A stretch of 18,888 nt of DNA from the IMG/VR virus record IMGVR_UViG_3300014970_000019, positions 1 through 18,888 of that record, one strand, 5' to 3'. Made by a program: the position numbers and the translations under genes. Below the pieces are notes generated by a model. It worked only from the letters and a program-made list of their open reading frames with translations, did not search any database and had not been told where the DNA came from. This stretch comes from a virus (lineage: Duplodnaviria > Heunggongvirae > Uroviricota > Caudoviricetes). The first letter of the stretch is position 1. The number at the start of each line of letters is the position of its first letter. Of this stretch, positions 17,395 through 18,888 are shown one piece after another.

Positions 17395-17876
17395 TGATGG
17401 TGCTGGGATTGTACGTGTTTATGCTGCGCACCGTTCCGTATCAGGAACTGCAGTATCAACGCAGCTGGCGACATGCGGCAAACAGTCGGGTAAACCGACG
17501 TCCGTCCACGCAGTTTCTGGGACCGGAAAACGACATGCTGACGCTTTCCGGTGTTCTTATGCCGGAAATAACAGGTGGCAGGCTGTCGTTGCTGGCACTG
17601 GAGCAGATGGCAGAACAGGGGAAAGCATGGCCCCTGATTGAAGGCAGCGGCACGATTTACGGCATGTATGTGATTGAGGGACTGAATCAGACTAAAACGG
17701 AGTTTTTCCGCGACGGTATGCCGCGCCGGATTGAGTTCACCCTGTCGCTCAAACGAGTGGATGAATCCCTGTCCGATATGTTCGGTGATCTCAGTGCGCA
17801 ACTGAATAATCTGCAGGACACGGCAACGTCTGCCTTAAGCGATATCAGTAAAACGGTGGGAGGGCTGCTGTCGTGA
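17391..17876 (+). CDS. U: Tail protein gpU-like
   Basis: 161 aa, close to P2 U in size. Start overlaps the T stop (ATGA). Lies between T and D. Confidence 0.8.
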   Translation: MMMVLGLYVFMLRTVPYQELQYQRSWRHAANSRVNRRPSTQFLGPENDMLTLSGVLMPEITGGRLSLLALEQMAEQGKAWPLIEGSGTIYGMYVIEGLNQTKTEFFRDGMPRRIEFTLSLKRVDESLSDMFGDLSAQLNNLQDTATSALSDISKTVGGLLS

Positions 17877-18888
17877 ATTTCAGCTCTGAACTGCTTAACA
17901 AAGGCAACAAAACTCCCGCATTCAGCATCAGTATTGAGGGCAGGGATATCACCACTGTGCTGGATAACCGCCTGATGAGTTTGACGCTGACGGATAACCG
18001 GGGCTTTGAAGCGGACCAGCTTGATCTGGAGCTGGATGACGCTGACGGAAAAATCGTGCTGCCGCGCCGTGGTGCGGTTATTACGCTGGCGCTGGGCTGG
18101 AAGGGGCAGCCGCTTTTCCCGAAAGGGGCATTCACAGTGGACGAGATTGAACACACTGGCGCACCGGACCGCCTGACTATCCGGGCGCGAAGTGCTGATT
18201 TTCGGGAAACGCTGAATACCCGCCGTGAAAAATCGTGGCATAAGACCACCGTCGGGGAAGTGGTGAAGGAAATAGCCGCGCGGCACAAGCTGAAGATGGC
18301 ACTGGGTAAAGACCTGTCGGATAAGCCCGTGGAGCATATAGACCAGACTAATGAGAGTGACGGCAGTTTTCTGATGCGGCTGGCGCGCCAGTACGGTGCC
18401 ATCGCGTCGGTGAAAAATGGCAATCTGTTATTCATCCGGCAGGGACAGGGCAAAAGCGCCAGCGGTAAACCACTGCCGGTGATCTCAATCACACGTAAGG
18501 ACGGCGACAGTCACCGCTTTACCCTGGCAGATCGCGGAGCCTACACGGGCGTAATTGCCAGTTGGTTGCATACCCGCGAACCCGAGAAGAAAGAAAGCAC
18601 CACGGTGAAGCGTAAGCGCAGGACTAAGAAGCAGAAGAAAGAGCCGGAAGCGAAGCAGGGCGATTACCTGGTGGGTACGGATGAAAACGTGCTGGTACTT
18701 AATCGCACTTATGCCAACCGGAGCAACGCCGAACGGGCAGCGAAAATGCAGTGGGAACGCCTGCAACGCGGCGTTGCATCATTCTCGCTACAACTGGCGG
18801 AAGGGCGGGCAGATCTCTACACAGAAATGCCTGTGAAGGTCAGTGGCTTTAAACAGCCGATAGATGATGCGGAATGGACCATTACGAC
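17873..18888 (+). CDS. D: Tail protein gpD-like, 5' part (runs off window end)
   Basis: GTG start at 17873 overlapping the U stop. Translation VNFSSELLNKGNK... stays open to the window end (about 338 codons). Not in the ORF track because no stop lies within the window. Confidence 0.8.
   Translation, partial: MNFSSELLNKGNKTPAFSISIEGRDITTVLDNRLMSLTLTDNRGFEADQLDLELDDADGKIVLPRRGAVITLALGWKGQPLFPKGAFTVDEIEHTGAPDRLTIRARSADFRETLNTRREKSWHKTTVGEVVKEIAARHKLKMALGKDLSDKPVEHIDQTNESDGSFLMRLARQYGAIASVKNGNLLFIRQGQGKSASGKPLPVISITRKDGDSHRFTLADRGAYTGVIASWLHTREPEKKESTTVKRKRRTKKQKKEPEAKQGDYLVGTDENVLVLNRTYANRSNAERAAKMQWERLQRGVASFSLQLAEGRADLYTEMPVKVSGFKQPIDDAEWTIT

Larger units (their letters stand above)
926..18888. 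mobile_element. P2/186-family prophage (defective, with internal deletion); continues beyond window end
   Basis: Synteny int-cI-apl-cII-...-A-tum-cos-Q-P...FI-FII-E-T-U-D. The left boundary (att) lies somewhere in 448-925 and is not resolved. Confidence 0.85.

Noticed and set aside
17687-18766. Minus-strand ORFs (216, 215 and 93 aa) overlapping U and D
   Set aside because: They are antisense to the conserved gpD frame, which stays open to the window end. Their translations are Arg/Ser-rich low-complexity sequence.

Overview
This window is almost entirely a P2/186-family (Peduovirus-like) prophage in an enterobacterial chromosome of about 50% GC, and the prophage appears defective. All calls rest on reading the ORF translations and motifs by eye, with no database search. 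Left to right: the 3' end of a host TetR-family regulator, a border region with a hairpin and a tandem repeat, integrase (-), a small secreted-protein moron (-), a 186-type CI repressor (-), then the rightward early operon (Apl/Cox-like, CII-like, small ORFs, TraR/DksA zinc finger, Dam methylase, replication endonuclease gpA). After gpA comes a LexA-box-controlled Tum/DinI-like module, a terminator and a cos-like sequence. Next is a sharply AT-rich three-gene cassette (9004-11230), the main candidate for a previously undescribed system: a protein with an RsbW/SpoIIAB-like GHKL kinase/ATPase domain, a small STAS-like (DUF4325-like) partner, and a protein with a hydrophobic putative transmembrane segment. 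It may be a partner-switching-type anti-phage or abortive-infection module, but this is inference from motifs only. The cassette abuts portal gene Q (-), which is followed by only the C-terminal part of terminase P (-) joined directly to the C-terminal part of tail sheath FI (+). That implies an internal deletion of the capsid, lysis, baseplate and fibre genes. The window then continues through tail tube FII, E/E' (with a TTTTTTG slippery site), tape measure T, gpU and the start of gpD, which runs off the window end.
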